Of a DNA stretch of 64,000 nt, positions 10,107-20,521 are shown piece by piece; position 1 is the stretch's first letter, and every line of letters starts with the position of its first letter. The stretch spans positions 22,992 to 86,991 of the forward strand of contig JAQWFD010000010.1 in NCBI GenBank assembly GCA_028704555.1, written 5' to 3'. This stretch comes from Desulfobacterales bacterium. GTDB lineage: Bacteria; Desulfobacterota; Desulfobacteria; Desulfobacterales; JAQWFD01. The notes below the pieces were generated by a model. That model did not search any database and was not told the origin of the DNA. It worked only from the letters and a program-made list of their open reading frames with translations. The translations under genes were made by a program, and so were the position numbers.

Positions 10107-11164
10107 ATATCCTGATTGTGAAATTGAGCGCCATTGGTGATGTCATTCATACCCTTCCGGCGTTGAATGCCATTCGCGCCCATTATCCCGATGCGCATAT
10201 TACCTGGGTAGTGGAAGAGGCGGCGGCAGATCTGGTGAGGGGACACAGGGCGCTGAACCGGGTGCTGGTTTCCGGACGGAAACGATGGATCAAAGCGCTC
10301 AAAACGCCATCTCGGTGGCTTGCCTTGAGGGAGATTTTAACGTTTTTTCAGGAGCTTCGCGATACCCGCTATGATGTGGTGCTCGATTTTCAGGCGTTGC
10401 TCAAGAGCGCCATGCTGATCGCTCTGGTCAGAGGAAAACGGAAAATCGGTTTTGATAAAGGCATGCAGCACATGGAGCACAGCTATGTGTTCCTCAATGA
10501 GCGCATTGGGCCGGTGGATATGGAAGTCCATGCCCTGCTGAGAAACATGATGATGCTCAAGTCTATCGGAATCAACTCCGGCACGGTTGCCTATGACCTG
10601 CCCATACAGCCGGAGCATCGCATCGCAGCGGAAAATTTGATATACGGCGATTGCCGTGAGGCTTCAAAACCTGTAGTGGCGGTCAATCCGGTTGCCAAAT
10701 GGGACACCAAACTCTGGTCCAACCGGAGCTTTGCCCGTATGGCCGACATTCTGGTTGATCAATATGAGGCACATGTGGTGTTTACCGGATCGGCAGATGA
10801 CCATGATACGATCGGGCAGATACGCTCCATGATGACGCATCGGGCGGTGAATCTGGCCGGCCGCACATCGTTGATGGAGCTTGCCGCGGTGTATGAAAAA
10901 GCGGATGTCGTCGTGTCGACGGATACCGGTCCCATGCATCTGGCCGCTGCTGCCGGCACGCCGGTCGTTGCATTGTTCGGCCCGACGGCACCGTGGAGAA
11001 CCGGACCCTATGGGGACGGGCATCGGGTCCTGAGGGCTGATGTGAGCTGCAGCCCATGTTTCAGGCGCCTGTGTCCGTCCATGCAGTGTATGAAGTGCAT
11101 TGGCGTGCGGCAGGTTGTCGGAGCGGTTGCCCAGCTGCTGAATCCGGACGGTGTCAAGCCCTGA
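10103..11164 (+). CDS. waaC: ADP-heptose:LPS heptosyltransferase I (GT9)
   Basis: MNILIVKLSAIGDVIHTLPALNAIR...ITWVVEE is the classic WaaC N-terminus. It has a 4-nt ATGA overlap with waaF. Confidence 0.75.
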   Translation: MNILIVKLSAIGDVIHTLPALNAIRAHYPDAHITWVVEEAAADLVRGHRALNRVLVSGRKRWIKALKTPSRWLALREILTFFQELRDTRYDVVLDFQALLKSAMLIALVRGKRKIGFDKGMQHMEHSYVFLNERIGPVDMEVHALLRNMMMLKSIGINSGTVAYDLPIQPEHRIAAENLIYGDCREASKPVVAVNPVAKWDTKLWSNRSFARMADILVDQYEAHVVFTGSADDHDTIGQIRSMMTHRAVNLAGRTSLMELAAVYEKADVVVSTDTGPMHLAAAAGTPVVALFGPTAPWRTGPYGDGHRVLRADVSCSPCFRRLCPSMQCMKCIGVRQVVGAVAQLLNPDGVKP

Positions 11165-11218
11165 TCCGGCATTGCCGTTGAATTCAATGCCGGCTGGAAA
11201 ATAATTTAGGAAGCTGTA

Positions 11219-12136
11219 ATGGATATTTCATTTGTTATCGTCAACTGGAACACGAAAGACTACGTGATCAAATGCCTGCGGTCCATTTTTCAAACGGTCA
11301 GGGGATTGAGCTTTGACGTATGGCTTGTGGATAATGCGTCTTCGGATGGCAGCGTCGAGGCGGTGAAAGACAGGTTCCCGCAGGTCCATGTGATTGAGAA
11401 CGCTTTGAACATGGGCTTTTCCGCAGCCAATAATCAGGCGTTTCGAAAGATGACGGGCAGATATGCGCTGCTGTTGAACTCCGACGCCGAGTTGACGATG
11501 GGCGCAGTGACTGAACTCTTCCGTTTCATGGAGGAAAATCGGGATGCAGCCATTGCCTGCGGTCAGCTGTTGAATCCGGACGGCTCCCGTCAGAATTCCA
11601 TCGCAAATTTTCCTTCGTTATGGTCCCTGATGGCGAACGAAACACTGCTCCAGATAGCGTTCCCACTAAAATATCCCGGAAAGCGAAGGCGGTATACGGC
11701 GCCTGTCGAGGTGGAATCCGGAATCGGAGCGTGCCTGCTGGTTAGAAAAACGGCAATGGATGCGGTCGGTTATCTGGATGAGGCCTATTTTTTTTTCCTG
11801 GAAGAAACCGATTGGGCATACCGGATGAAGAAAAATGGCTGGAAGGTATATTTTGTTCCAACTGCCCGGATTTTTCACGCTCAGGGGAAAAGTGTCGGTC
11901 AAAATGTCAAAGCCCGGATGCTGTTTTATCATTCCCGCTACCTGTATTTCAAAAAATGGCACCGGAACCTGTTTCCTCTGATACGGCTGACGGTTTTTTC
12001 CAGACTGCTGGTCAATACCCAGTTGACATTTCTGGGTGTTGTGTTTTGCGCCGGGTTGAATCGGGGGCTTAACAGAAAACTTGACACATATGCCCGGCTG
12101 ATCAGGTGGCACCGGAACGGGTGCCCGAAACCATAA
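11219..12136 (+). CDS. family 2 glycosyltransferase
   Basis: ISFVIVNWNTKD...LVDNASSDGS...GFSAANNQ...LLLNSDAEL is the typical GT2 (rhamnosyl/galactosyl-transferase-like) signature. Confidence 0.75.
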   Translation: MDISFVIVNWNTKDYVIKCLRSIFQTVRGLSFDVWLVDNASSDGSVEAVKDRFPQVHVIENALNMGFSAANNQAFRKMTGRYALLLNSDAELTMGAVTELFRFMEENRDAAIACGQLLNPDGSRQNSIANFPSLWSLMANETLLQIAFPLKYPGKRRRYTAPVEVESGIGACLLVRKTAMDAVGYLDEAYFFFLEETDWAYRMKKNGWKVYFVPTARIFHAQGKSVGQNVKARMLFYHSRYLYFKKWHRNLFPLIRLTVFSRLLVNTQLTFLGVVFCAGLNRGLNRKLDTYARLIRWHRNGCPKP

Positions 12137-12151
12137 CAGAAACGTGTTGCA

Positions 12152-13231
12152 ATGATTGTCAAGGAAACCTGTAAACTGCCGAAATACCCGCGGCGCATTT
12201 TACTCATACAGCTGGGGGATATCGGAGACGTTGTGCTGACAATGCCGGCCATCAGGGGGCTGCGGGAGCGTTTTCCCGAAAGTACACTGGCCGTTGCGGT
12301 CAGGGGAAAAGCCCGGCAGCTGATTGAAGACTGCCCATGGGTCGATGGCGTTATCTCAGTAGATACCCCGAAACTGTCTCTCTGGCATGCCATTTCGTAT
12401 CAGAAAAGGTTTATTTCGGATCTTCGTAAATGGGGCTTTGACCTGGCCATTGAACTGAGGACCGGACACAGGGGAGCGATACTGGCATTTCTTTCCGGAG
12501 CCCCCTGCCGGATCGGACGATTTGCCGATGACGGCCGATTGTGGCGCAACAGGCTGTTTACCCATCTTGTACGCCCACAGCCTCACGAGGAGCTTGCCCG
12601 GTATGCTGCTGAACATCATTTCAATATTCTTTCCCCGCTGGGGGCATTCCCCGGAAATAAAATTCCTCAGCTGTACGTGCCCGGAAAGAGGATAAAAAAG
12701 GCGGAACAGATTTTCAGAGAAGAAAATATGCCGCCGAATTGTCCGGTTATCGCGTTTCATCCGTTTTCCCTCTGGAAATACAAGGAGTTGGAAATACAGC
12801 AATGTGTTTTGTTAATCGATTACATCCAGAATACCTGGGGGGTGGGCGTTATGATTACCGGTTCCCCGGATGAGCGGGCTCGTGCCTCACAAGTTGTTGA
12901 CAGATGCAGAAAACCGGTGGTGAACCTGGCCGGCAAAACATCCATCGGTGAGTTGCCGGCAGTGCTCAGGGGCTGCCGCCTGTTTGTGGGTGTAGATACG
13001 GCTGCACTCCATATTGCCGCCGCTGTCGGGGTGCCGACTGTCGGGATATTCGGTCCGTCTTCGCCGGTCAGCTGGGCGCCGAGAGGTGAGCAGCACTGCA
13101 TCGTGTCCAAAAATATGCCGTGCGATCCCTGCAGGCAGAAAGGCTGCCAGAACAGTGAGAAAAGCCGCTGCCTTGAAGCATTGACCTTTGAAGAAATTGC
13201 GGCCGCTGTCGATGCACAGCTCAGGCGTTGA
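12152..13231 (+). CDS. family 9 glycosyltransferase (third heptosyltransferase-like enzyme)
   Basis: RILLIQLGDIGDVVLTMPAIRGL and VGVDTAALHIAAAVGVPTVGIFGP are GT9 hallmarks. Confidence 0.7.
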   Translation: MIVKETCKLPKYPRRILLIQLGDIGDVVLTMPAIRGLRERFPESTLAVAVRGKARQLIEDCPWVDGVISVDTPKLSLWHAISYQKRFISDLRKWGFDLAIELRTGHRGAILAFLSGAPCRIGRFADDGRLWRNRLFTHLVRPQPHEELARYAAEHHFNILSPLGAFPGNKIPQLYVPGKRIKKAEQIFREENMPPNCPVIAFHPFSLWKYKELEIQQCVLLIDYIQNTWGVGVMITGSPDERARASQVVDRCRKPVVNLAGKTSIGELPAVLRGCRLFVGVDTAALHIAAAVGVPTVGIFGPSSPVSWAPRGEQHCIVSKNMPCDPCRQKGCQNSEKSRCLEALTFEEIAAAVDAQLRR

Positions 13232-13398
13232 GCCGGGATGTGGAAAAAGGACCGCGTGCTGAGGACTGCGTCACAGAGATTGAAATTTTGTTTCAGAGGC
13301 GTGAGGCTATCATTCATAAGCGGATCGGGTGCATTTAACGGGATCGTTTCATTCGAACTTTTTACGGGTTCGTCATACTCAAATCATAAAGACTATTC

Positions 13399-14985
13399 AT
13401 GACAGGTTATCGGGTTCCTGATGATGATACATACCCGTATCGGTATCTGCCGATACTGGTTTTTGTGCTGGGATTTTTCATCCGGCTCTATGCCTGCTGC
13501 TTTACCTTTATCATCAATCCGGACGGGGTGCTGTATATCCACCAGGCCCGGGCGCTGTTTTACGGGCAATGGGACGCGGTGACGTCATGCGGGCTGCCGG
13601 ATCTGTCCGTGTATCCGATTCTGATCGCCGGGGCGTTTGCGCTGCTGCACGACTGGATGGCTGCGGCCCGGGGCGTGTCGCTCGTATTCGGGTCGGCCCT
13701 CCTGCTTCCGGTCTATTTTACGTTGAGGCGTTTTTTCGATAGAAATGTCAGCGCAACGGCGACGCTGATATTTGCATTGATTCCGGTGATGGTCGGGCGC
13801 AGTGCGGATGTTCTCCGGGACCCGGTCTGCTGGTTTTTTCTGGCCCTGGCAATCTACGGGTTCGTCACGTATATGGACCGGAAAAACAGCTGGTATCTTC
13901 TGCTTTCGTCAATTTGTTTCATCCTGGCGTCATGGGCCCGGATTGAATCCATTTTGTATGCCGGGATATCCTTTTTATGCATGTTGCCGGTGAAGCAGGA
14001 TCGTAAACTGCGTCACCTCATGGTGTTTGTACTGCCCTTTTTGTGTCTGGCCCTCGTTTCTATCATCGGTGTGACCGCCTGTGACATGTCGGTCAATGAT
14101 CTGCACCGGGCAAAATTGCTGGCAAACAAAATGTTCCAGCCGTTTTACCGTTACAGTCAGCTTCAAATGGAACTGGCGCAGTTGTCTGCCGGGTTTCAGG
14201 ATGATTTTATGGAGTTTTTCCTTCCCGAGGCGCGCGCCAATCTGTGGCTGGTTGCCTTCGGTACCCTGCTCAACCGGGTGCTGGAAGCGTTTTTCTATCC
14301 TTTTGCGCTGGTTTTTGGTATCGGACTGGCGGGAATCGGCAGGCGGATAAAAACCGATCGCAGAATCCTGTATCTGTCGGCGCTGACGGTGTCGGCCGCG
14401 GGGTTGCTGTACCTGCACACGCTGGACACCTGGGCGGTTTATTACCGGTTTATCGTTATTATGATCCTGCCCTGTGCCGTGTTTGCCGGATTTGGAATCG
14501 AAAAGATCCGCAGCGCGATTCAGCACAAAATCCGGGTCGGGGAGGCCGGGGCATTGGCCCTGATCGTCTTTTTGATTCTGGTATCCGGTCTGCCCAAGAA
14601 CTTGTATTATCGCGGATATGACAAGCAGGTGTTTCGGCAGATTGGCGAATCCATTGCCGGGCGGCAGGACCGGTCCCGACCTGTGGAGGTCGCTACATCC
14701 AGCCAGACGCACCGGTGGGTTTCGTTTTATGCCAACCTCGGTTTTCCGGGGGCTGCCTGCCCGGAATCCGGAGCGATGAACAACTGGGAACAGGCTGCGG
14801 CTGATGAAGCAGGCTTTATCCGGCATCTCAAGCAGAATAACATGCGATATGTGTTATGGGAGCAACGCCGCTGGCCGGCAGGTGCCGCGGATCCGGCAAA
14901 TTCGTTGCGTGATGCCGGATTTGTGGAACTGGGTCGATGGAATCATCCGGATACCGGACAGATGATTTTGTATGAGTTGAGGTAA
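13399..14985 (+). CDS. GT-C fold membrane glycosyltransferase (ArnT/PMT, GT39/83-like)
   Basis: 528 aa with many predicted TM helices over the first ~400 aa and a soluble C-terminal domain. The N-terminal region (IINPDGVLYIHQARALFYGQW) resembles ArnT/PMT-type enzymes. The family call is by eye only. Confidence 0.5.
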   Translation: MTGYRVPDDDTYPYRYLPILVFVLGFFIRLYACCFTFIINPDGVLYIHQARALFYGQWDAVTSCGLPDLSVYPILIAGAFALLHDWMAAARGVSLVFGSALLLPVYFTLRRFFDRNVSATATLIFALIPVMVGRSADVLRDPVCWFFLALAIYGFVTYMDRKNSWYLLLSSICFILASWARIESILYAGISFLCMLPVKQDRKLRHLMVFVLPFLCLALVSIIGVTACDMSVNDLHRAKLLANKMFQPFYRYSQLQMELAQLSAGFQDDFMEFFLPEARANLWLVAFGTLLNRVLEAFFYPFALVFGIGLAGIGRRIKTDRRILYLSALTVSAAGLLYLHTLDTWAVYYRFIVIMILPCAVFAGFGIEKIRSAIQHKIRVGEAGALALIVFLILVSGLPKNLYYRGYDKQVFRQIGESIAGRQDRSRPVEVATSSQTHRWVSFYANLGFPGAACPESGAMNNWEQAAADEAGFIRHLKQNNMRYVLWEQRRWPAGAADPANSLRDAGFVELGRWNHPDTGQMILYELR

Positions 14986-15058
14986 ACGATAATTTTTTTT
15001 CTCTGCGCCGCGAGCGAAGCGGGCGGTGTAAATATTTTTTATATTACCGCGTGCAGCA

Positions 15059-15979
15059 ATGGAAACTATTTTTTGTCATAAAAAGCAGGATGCCGCTTTG
15101 AATAAAACACCTCATGCCGTCGAAATATCGGTGATTATCGTAAACTACAATACGTCCGAGTTGCTCTGCCGGTGCCTGGATTCCATTGCCCGGCAGACAG
15201 GGGTTTCATCGGAAACCATTGTGGTGGACAATGCATCGAGTGATGACAGCCGGGTTATGATTCGAAAAAATTTTCCATGGGTCAAACTTATTCCTAACGA
15301 AAATAATCAGGGGTTTGCCCGTGCCAATAATCAGGCGTTGGATCTGTATACGGGGCAGTACGTATTTTTTCTGAATCCGGATACAGAAGTCAAACCCGGT
15401 GCATTCAGACAAATGATCCGGTTTATGCAGGCGCATGCCCGCGTCGGTCTGGCCGGCACAAGGCTTTTGTACCCGGACGGATCCCCTCAATCTTCCGTGG
15501 AGCGGCATTATCCCGGGCAAAAACACCTGAAGGGGGCTTTTGACAGCCTGGCTGGAGATATCGCATGGGTTCTGGGTGCCAGCATGATCGTCCGGCAGGA
15601 GATCATTCAGGCGCTGAACGGCTTTGATGACGAGTTTTTTCTGTATGCCGAAGATATCGATTTATGTCTGAGAGTGCGGAAAGCCGGATGGACTGTCGGG
15701 TTCATTTCCGAGGCGGTCGTGGTTCACTGGTGCGGTCAGAGTGAACGGAAAACGCCTCCGCTGCACGTCTGGGAAAAGAAATTTGATGCGGAAATCAAAT
15801 TTTACCGCAAACACTATCCTGCCGCCGCTGTCCGGGCGATTGGCCGGGACAATGTCCTTCAGGCCTGCTGGCGGATTCTGACGTTAAAGCTGGAACTGAT
15901 GGTTGCCGGGGATAAAGAGATAGCCCGCCGTAAACTTGAAAAATATCAGCTCGCACTGAAGACGTTTCGCGCCTTGTAA
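15059..15979 (+). CDS. family 2 glycosyltransferase
   Basis: ISVIIVNYNTSE...VVDNASSDDS...GFARANNQ...FLNPDTEV. Paralogous to the 11219 ORF. Confidence 0.75.
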   Translation: METIFCHKKQDAALNKTPHAVEISVIIVNYNTSELLCRCLDSIARQTGVSSETIVVDNASSDDSRVMIRKNFPWVKLIPNENNQGFARANNQALDLYTGQYVFFLNPDTEVKPGAFRQMIRFMQAHARVGLAGTRLLYPDGSPQSSVERHYPGQKHLKGAFDSLAGDIAWVLGASMIVRQEIIQALNGFDDEFFLYAEDIDLCLRVRKAGWTVGFISEAVVVHWCGQSERKTPPLHVWEKKFDAEIKFYRKHYPAAAVRAIGRDNVLQACWRILTLKLELMVAGDKEIARRKLEKYQLALKTFRAL

Positions 15980-16028
15980 CCGGCAACCTGAAAAGGGATT
16001 TTTTAAGGCTTTTTATGAGGAACATGTT

Positions 16029-17174
16029 TTGGCAAAGTTAAAAATTGCAGTCGTCATTCCCAGATATGGATTGATCGGCGGGGCCGAAACGGTGGTGTTC
16101 GAACTTACAGAGCGGCTGGCCGGCTTTGAGGATTTTGAGATCCATGTGTTTGCCAACCGATGGCGATGCGGCCAGGCGCCTGTCACCTTCCACCGCGTAC
16201 CGGTCATCGGTTTTCCCCGGTGGCTGGGTCCGGTCAGCTTCGCCCTGTTCGCCCGAAGGAGGATCCGGTCGATCGGATGCGATATTATTCACAGCCATGA
16301 GCGTATCTTTGAAATGGATCTGTTTACGTTTCATGGCATTCCTCATGCAACCTGGATCAGGGAAGCCAGACAGAAGCGTCTGAGCCTTTTTGACAGGGCC
16401 ACTGCCCGGGTGGAGCAAAAGGGGATTTCCGGGGCGGGCGCACCGCTTATTCTGCCGGTTTCAAACCTGGTCAGGGACGAACTGCTGAAGGTATATGACC
16501 TTCCGGACAGCCGGATACAGGTCGTTCATCCCGGTGTGTCGGTCCGGCGGTTTTCCGATCCGGATCGAACCGGTTGCCGGAGCGAGATTCGTAAATTGCA
16601 TGGGTTGACTCCGGAGGATGGGGTTGTGTTGTTTGTCGGGATGAATTTTGAGATCAAACGGCTGGATCTCGTGATAGGAGGCCTTGCCGAAGCGTCTCGT
16701 AATTCGCCTGATTGCAGGCGGATGAAACTGCTTGTCGTCGGCAGGGGAAACACGGAAAAATATCGGAAGCTGGCGCAAGAATTGGGTATTGCCGAACAGG
16801 TGATTTTTGCAGGGGTAACCCGTGAGGTTGAAAAATATTATCTGGCCGCGGATATCCTGGCCATGCCGTCACATTTCGATACCTTCGGCCTGGTTGTTCT
16901 TGAAGCCATGGTTGCCGGACTGCCGGTGATTATTTCGGAAAAAGTGGGAGCAAAAGATTTGATCAAATCCGGGCAAAATGGTTTCGTGTTATCGGATTCT
17001 GCAGATGCTTCGGAGATGGGCGCTGTCCTGGCTGCGTTGGCAGATCCGGACAAACGGCATCAAATGGGGAAAAATGCCCGGAAGATTGCCGTCAAATGTG
17101 ACTGGGATCATGTTGCCAGCCAGGTGGCTGAGATCTACCGGAGGCTTGGCAGGGAAAAAAGAATTTCTAAATAA
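16029..17174 (+). CDS. family 4 (group 1) glycosyltransferase
   Basis: GT-B fold with the E-x7-E region LEAMVAGLPVIISEKVGAKDLI. TTG start as given by the ORF track. Confidence 0.75.
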   Translation: MAKLKIAVVIPRYGLIGGAETVVFELTERLAGFEDFEIHVFANRWRCGQAPVTFHRVPVIGFPRWLGPVSFALFARRRIRSIGCDIIHSHERIFEMDLFTFHGIPHATWIREARQKRLSLFDRATARVEQKGISGAGAPLILPVSNLVRDELLKVYDLPDSRIQVVHPGVSVRRFSDPDRTGCRSEIRKLHGLTPEDGVVLFVGMNFEIKRLDLVIGGLAEASRNSPDCRRMKLLVVGRGNTEKYRKLAQELGIAEQVIFAGVTREVEKYYLAADILAMPSHFDTFGLVVLEAMVAGLPVIISEKVGAKDLIKSGQNGFVLSDSADASEMGAVLAALADPDKRHQMGKNARKIAVKCDWDHVASQVAEIYRRLGREKRISK

Positions 17175-17182
17175 ACCAATGT

Positions 17183-17212
17183 GATACCGAAGCCTCTTCA
17201 GGTTTCGGTATC
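17183..17212. terminator. hairpin between the convergent GT4 gene and hldE
   Basis: Perfect 9-bp stem GATACCGAA / TTCGGTATC with a 12-nt loop in a 45-nt convergent gap. No clear U-tract. Confidence 0.4.
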
Positions 17213-17219
17213 GAAAGCC

Positions 17220-18662
17220 TCACGTTACGGATTTCATGGACCGGATGACGCTGGTGGTGCTCACGCCGTCGATCAGCGGGATGATCACGGTTTTTCCGCC
17301 CCGCCTCTCAACGATATCGTGCCCGACAACGGTCTCCGGCGAATAATCCCCGCCTTTGACAATCACGTCGGGTTCAAAGGCCGCAATCAGTTCGATCGGG
17401 GTATCCTGTTCAAAGATAACGACCATGTCAACGCACCGGATGCTGGCCAGCAGGGCCGCGCGGTCCTCTTCCGGCATCACCGGCCGGCAATCGCCTTTCA
17501 GGCGTTTGACCGATATATCTGAGTTGAGTCCCACCACCAGTTTGTCGCCTTCATCGGCAGCGGCATGTAAAAGCTTGATGTGGCCGATATGCAGGATATC
17601 AAAGCATCCGTTGGTGAACACAACGCGTTTGCCTTCCTCTTTCCAGTCTGAAATGATCCGGGCGGCCTCGGCCGGATCGCAGAATTTTCCGGTCAGGTTG
17701 AGTTTTCTGCCTTTGACGGCGGTTTTGAGTTCGGCGCAGGAGATCGGCCGGGTGCCGATTTTACCCACGACAATGCCGGCGGCCGTATTGGCCAGCTCGG
17801 CCGCTTCAGCTACCGTCAGACCGGCGGCAACGCCGGCCGCCAGAACGGCGATAACCGTATCTCCGGCACCGGATACGTCAAATACTTCCCTGGCCTCGGC
17901 GGGGATATGAATCGGGTTTGCGTTTCCGGAAAATAAAGACATTCCCTGGGGCCCGCGGGTTACCATCAGATTCGAAAGCGCCAGTTGTTCGATCATGCGT
18001 CTGGCCTGCTGTTCCAGCTGCCGCGGGTCCTGTTTGTCAAACGGGGCTGCCAGGTTAAATTCAGCCAGATTGGGGGTGATGCAGGCGGCGCCGGCATAGC
18101 GTTTCCAGTTGTTTCCCTTGGGGTCCACGAACACCGGAATGTGAAGGGGCCGGCAACGGCGGATGATGTCCTGCGCCAGCGTTCCCTTGAACATTCCTTT
18201 TCCGTAATCCGATATGATAACGGCACCGGCATCCGTCAGGAGGGCGTCCAGCCGGTCGAGAATCTGCTGCTGCAGCAGTGGTGAAATCTCGGAGGGATCT
18301 TCCTCATCCAGCCGCACCAGTTGCTGACCCTGACCGATAATTCGCGTTTTGGTGGTGGTCGGCACGCCGGCGGATACGATCAGGTCCTCCCGGATACCGT
18401 TTCGGGCAAACGTTTCGGACAACGCTTGTCCGGATATATCGTCTCCCCGGACCCCCAGCAGGGTGGCGGGGCATTTGAGTCCGGCCAGATTGAGGGTGAC
18501 GTTTCCCGCACCTCCCAGGGTGCGTGTTTTTTCCCGGATCCGAACCACGGGTACCGGCGCTTCCGGGGAGATACGCTCTACGTCTCCCCACAGGTAGACG
18601 TCCAGCATGACATCGCCCACCACAATGACATGACATTTCGAAAAATCGGGATATGACGTCAC
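17220..18662 (-). CDS. hldE: bifunctional D-beta-D-heptose 7-phosphate kinase / heptose 1-phosphate adenylyltransferase
   Basis: N-terminal ribokinase-like domain plus a C-terminal cytidylyltransferase domain with FTNGCFDILHIGHIKLL. Confidence 0.9.
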   Translation of the reverse strand: MTSYPDFSKCHVIVVGDVMLDVYLWGDVERISPEAPVPVVRIREKTRTLGGAGNVTLNLAGLKCPATLLGVRGDDISGQALSETFARNGIREDLIVSAGVPTTTKTRIIGQGQQLVRLDEEDPSEISPLLQQQILDRLDALLTDAGAVIISDYGKGMFKGTLAQDIIRRCRPLHIPVFVDPKGNNWKRYAGAACITPNLAEFNLAAPFDKQDPRQLEQQARRMIEQLALSNLMVTRGPQGMSLFSGNANPIHIPAEAREVFDVSGAGDTVIAVLAAGVAAGLTVAEAAELANTAAGIVVGKIGTRPISCAELKTAVKGRKLNLTGKFCDPAEAARIISDWKEEGKRVVFTNGCFDILHIGHIKLLHAAADEGDKLVVGLNSDISVKRLKGDCRPVMPEEDRAALLASIRCVDMVVIFEQDTPIELIAAFEPDVIVKGGDYSPETVVGHDIVERRGGKTVIIPLIDGVSTTSVIRSMKSVT

Positions 18663-19228
18663 AATACCGGCCCCCCGGTCAGAGCGGTTTCGATCATTTC
18701 CGCCCAGACGTGGAGAATAAAGATATGCGCTTCCTGAATCCGTGCGGTGTTCTCATATGGAATCAGGATAGACTGATCCGAAAAACCGTTCAATTTGCCG
18801 CCAGATTTGCCCAGCAGCGTAATTGAAGCAATCTTCATCTCACGAGCCCTGGCGACGGCTTTGATGACATTTGCCGAATTTCCGGAAGTGGAAATCCCCA
18901 GAAGCATATCGCCTTCCGAGGCAAGTCCTTCCAGCTGGCGGGCAAAGATGTCATCATAGGAATAATCATTGGCAACAGCGGTCAGGATTGACGAGTTGGT
19001 GGAAAGGGCAATCGCCGGCCACGCCCTTCGTTCTTTGTTGAATCTGCCGACGATCTCCGCGGAAAAATGCTGGGCATCGGCGGCAGAGCCCCCGTTGCCG
19101 CATACAAATATCCGGTTCCCGTTATCTATGGCACGGGTAAACGCCTCGCCCGCCGCCACAATGGCGTTTTTGATGCGGGGAAGGCATTGGAAACAACTCA
19201 AATGGTCATTGTACAGCCGGTCAAACAT
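18659..19228 (-). CDS. gmhA: phosphoheptose isomerase (SIS domain)
   Basis: CGNGGSAADAQHFSAE motif. 4-nt overlap with hldE. Confidence 0.9.
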   Translation of the reverse strand: MFDRLYNDHLSCFQCLPRIKNAIVAAGEAFTRAIDNGNRIFVCGNGGSAADAQHFSAEIVGRFNKERRAWPAIALSTNSSILTAVANDYSYDDIFARQLEGLASEGDMLLGISTSGNSANVIKAVARAREMKIASITLLGKSGGKLNGFSDQSILIPYENTARIQEAHIFILHVWAEMIETALTGGPVL

Positions 19229-19311
19229 TTTCAGGGTAATCCTTTACGGGCATGTAGCCATTGTATCTTATTCCGGTCAAAAGGGCACCGGGGGAGCATC
19301 CGGTCCCGCGG

Positions 19312-20280
19312 TCAAAGACAGGGGTCGGATTCATTGAGATACCGGGTAATGTAATCATGAGTCCCTTCTTCGAGACTGGTAAACTGAACCGGACAGCCGG
19401 CGGCGGACAGTTTTTCCATATTCGCCTGGGTAAAGTACTGATACCGGTCTTTTAAATGCTGCGGCATCTCGATATAGTCAATCTGTTGTGCAACCCCCAT
19501 CGCATCAAACACGGCGAGGGCCAGGTCCTTCCAGGTGCGAGATTTTCCCGTGCCGACATTGAAAATGCCGTTGATTTCCGGATGCTGCACCAGCCACATG
19601 ATCACTTCGACACAGTCCTTGACATAGACAAAATCTCTGAGCTGGCCGCCGTCAGGATATTCGGGGCGGTACGATTTGAAAAGGCTGATTCTGCCGGTGT
19701 CTTTGACCTGAAAAAAGGACTTATAAATCACGCTGCACATATCAGCCTTGTGATATTCATTGGGCCCGTATACATTGAAAAATTTCAGGCTGGCCACCTT
19801 GTTCGACAGATTTTCCCGGAGCAGCCACAGGTCAAACAGCTGTTTGCTGTAGCCGTACATGTTCAGCGGCCTCAGAGCAGGGATTAAGGCTTCATCATCA
19901 GAAAATCCCTTTTCTCCGGCTCCGTAGGTGGCTGCACTGGAAGCGTTGATAAACCGGATTTTCCGTTCTATGGCGTATCGGGCCAATGTCCTTGAAAAAT
20001 GGAAATTGTTTTCCATTAAAAAATCAGCGTCCCGTTCGGTCGTTGACGAACAGGCCCCCAGATGGACAATCGCTTCAATTCCGGTAAAATTTTCGCGCAG
20101 CAGCTGTTCTATAAAAACAGTTTTGTGAATATAATCTTTATACTGCCGGTTGACAAGATTTTTCCATTTTTCGGATTGGGCAAGGTTGTCGACAACCAGA
20201 ATATCGTTAATTCCTGACTGGTTGAGTTTCCAGATGAACGCGCTGCCGATGAATCCGGCGCCTCCGGTTACAATATACAT
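19312..20280 (-). CDS. hldD: ADP-L-glycero-D-manno-heptose 6-epimerase
   Basis: MYIVTGGAGFIGS Rossmann N-terminus, SDR-extended family, heptose pathway context. Confidence 0.85.
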   Translation of the reverse strand: MYIVTGGAGFIGSAFIWKLNQSGINDILVVDNLAQSEKWKNLVNRQYKDYIHKTVFIEQLLRENFTGIEAIVHLGACSSTTERDADFLMENNFHFSRTLARYAIERKIRFINASSAATYGAGEKGFSDDEALIPALRPLNMYGYSKQLFDLWLLRENLSNKVASLKFFNVYGPNEYHKADMCSVIYKSFFQVKDTGRISLFKSYRPEYPDGGQLRDFVYVKDCVEVIMWLVQHPEINGIFNVGTGKSRTWKDLALAVFDAMGVAQQIDYIEMPQHLKDRYQYFTQANMEKLSAAGCPVQFTSLEEGTHDYITRYLNESDPCL

Positions 20281-20521
20281 GGCATGCTCCCATATGTGAC
20301 AAGGTCAGGGTTGAATAGACGATTTGGTAAAAAATCCATTTCGCGTTACAGGGACGATCCCGTTTGAATCATCCCGGAAAGTTAGCCATATTTTCTGAGA
20401 TTGTTCAAGGGTAAAAAACGGTCGTGAGTGTTTCGCCGGATGGGAAACTGTTCGTATTCATGGGGCGTCATCAGCCGCCGGTTAAAATGAATGCCGGCAT
20501 CGATCCGAACCGGGAACCTGA

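Noticed and set aside
14990-15050. GC hairpin (CGCCGC-GAGCGAA-GCGGGCG) flanked by T-runs after the GT-C gene, as a possible terminator.
   Set aside because: The stem is short and imperfect, and the T-run is separated from the stem by several nucleotides. That is too weak to call.
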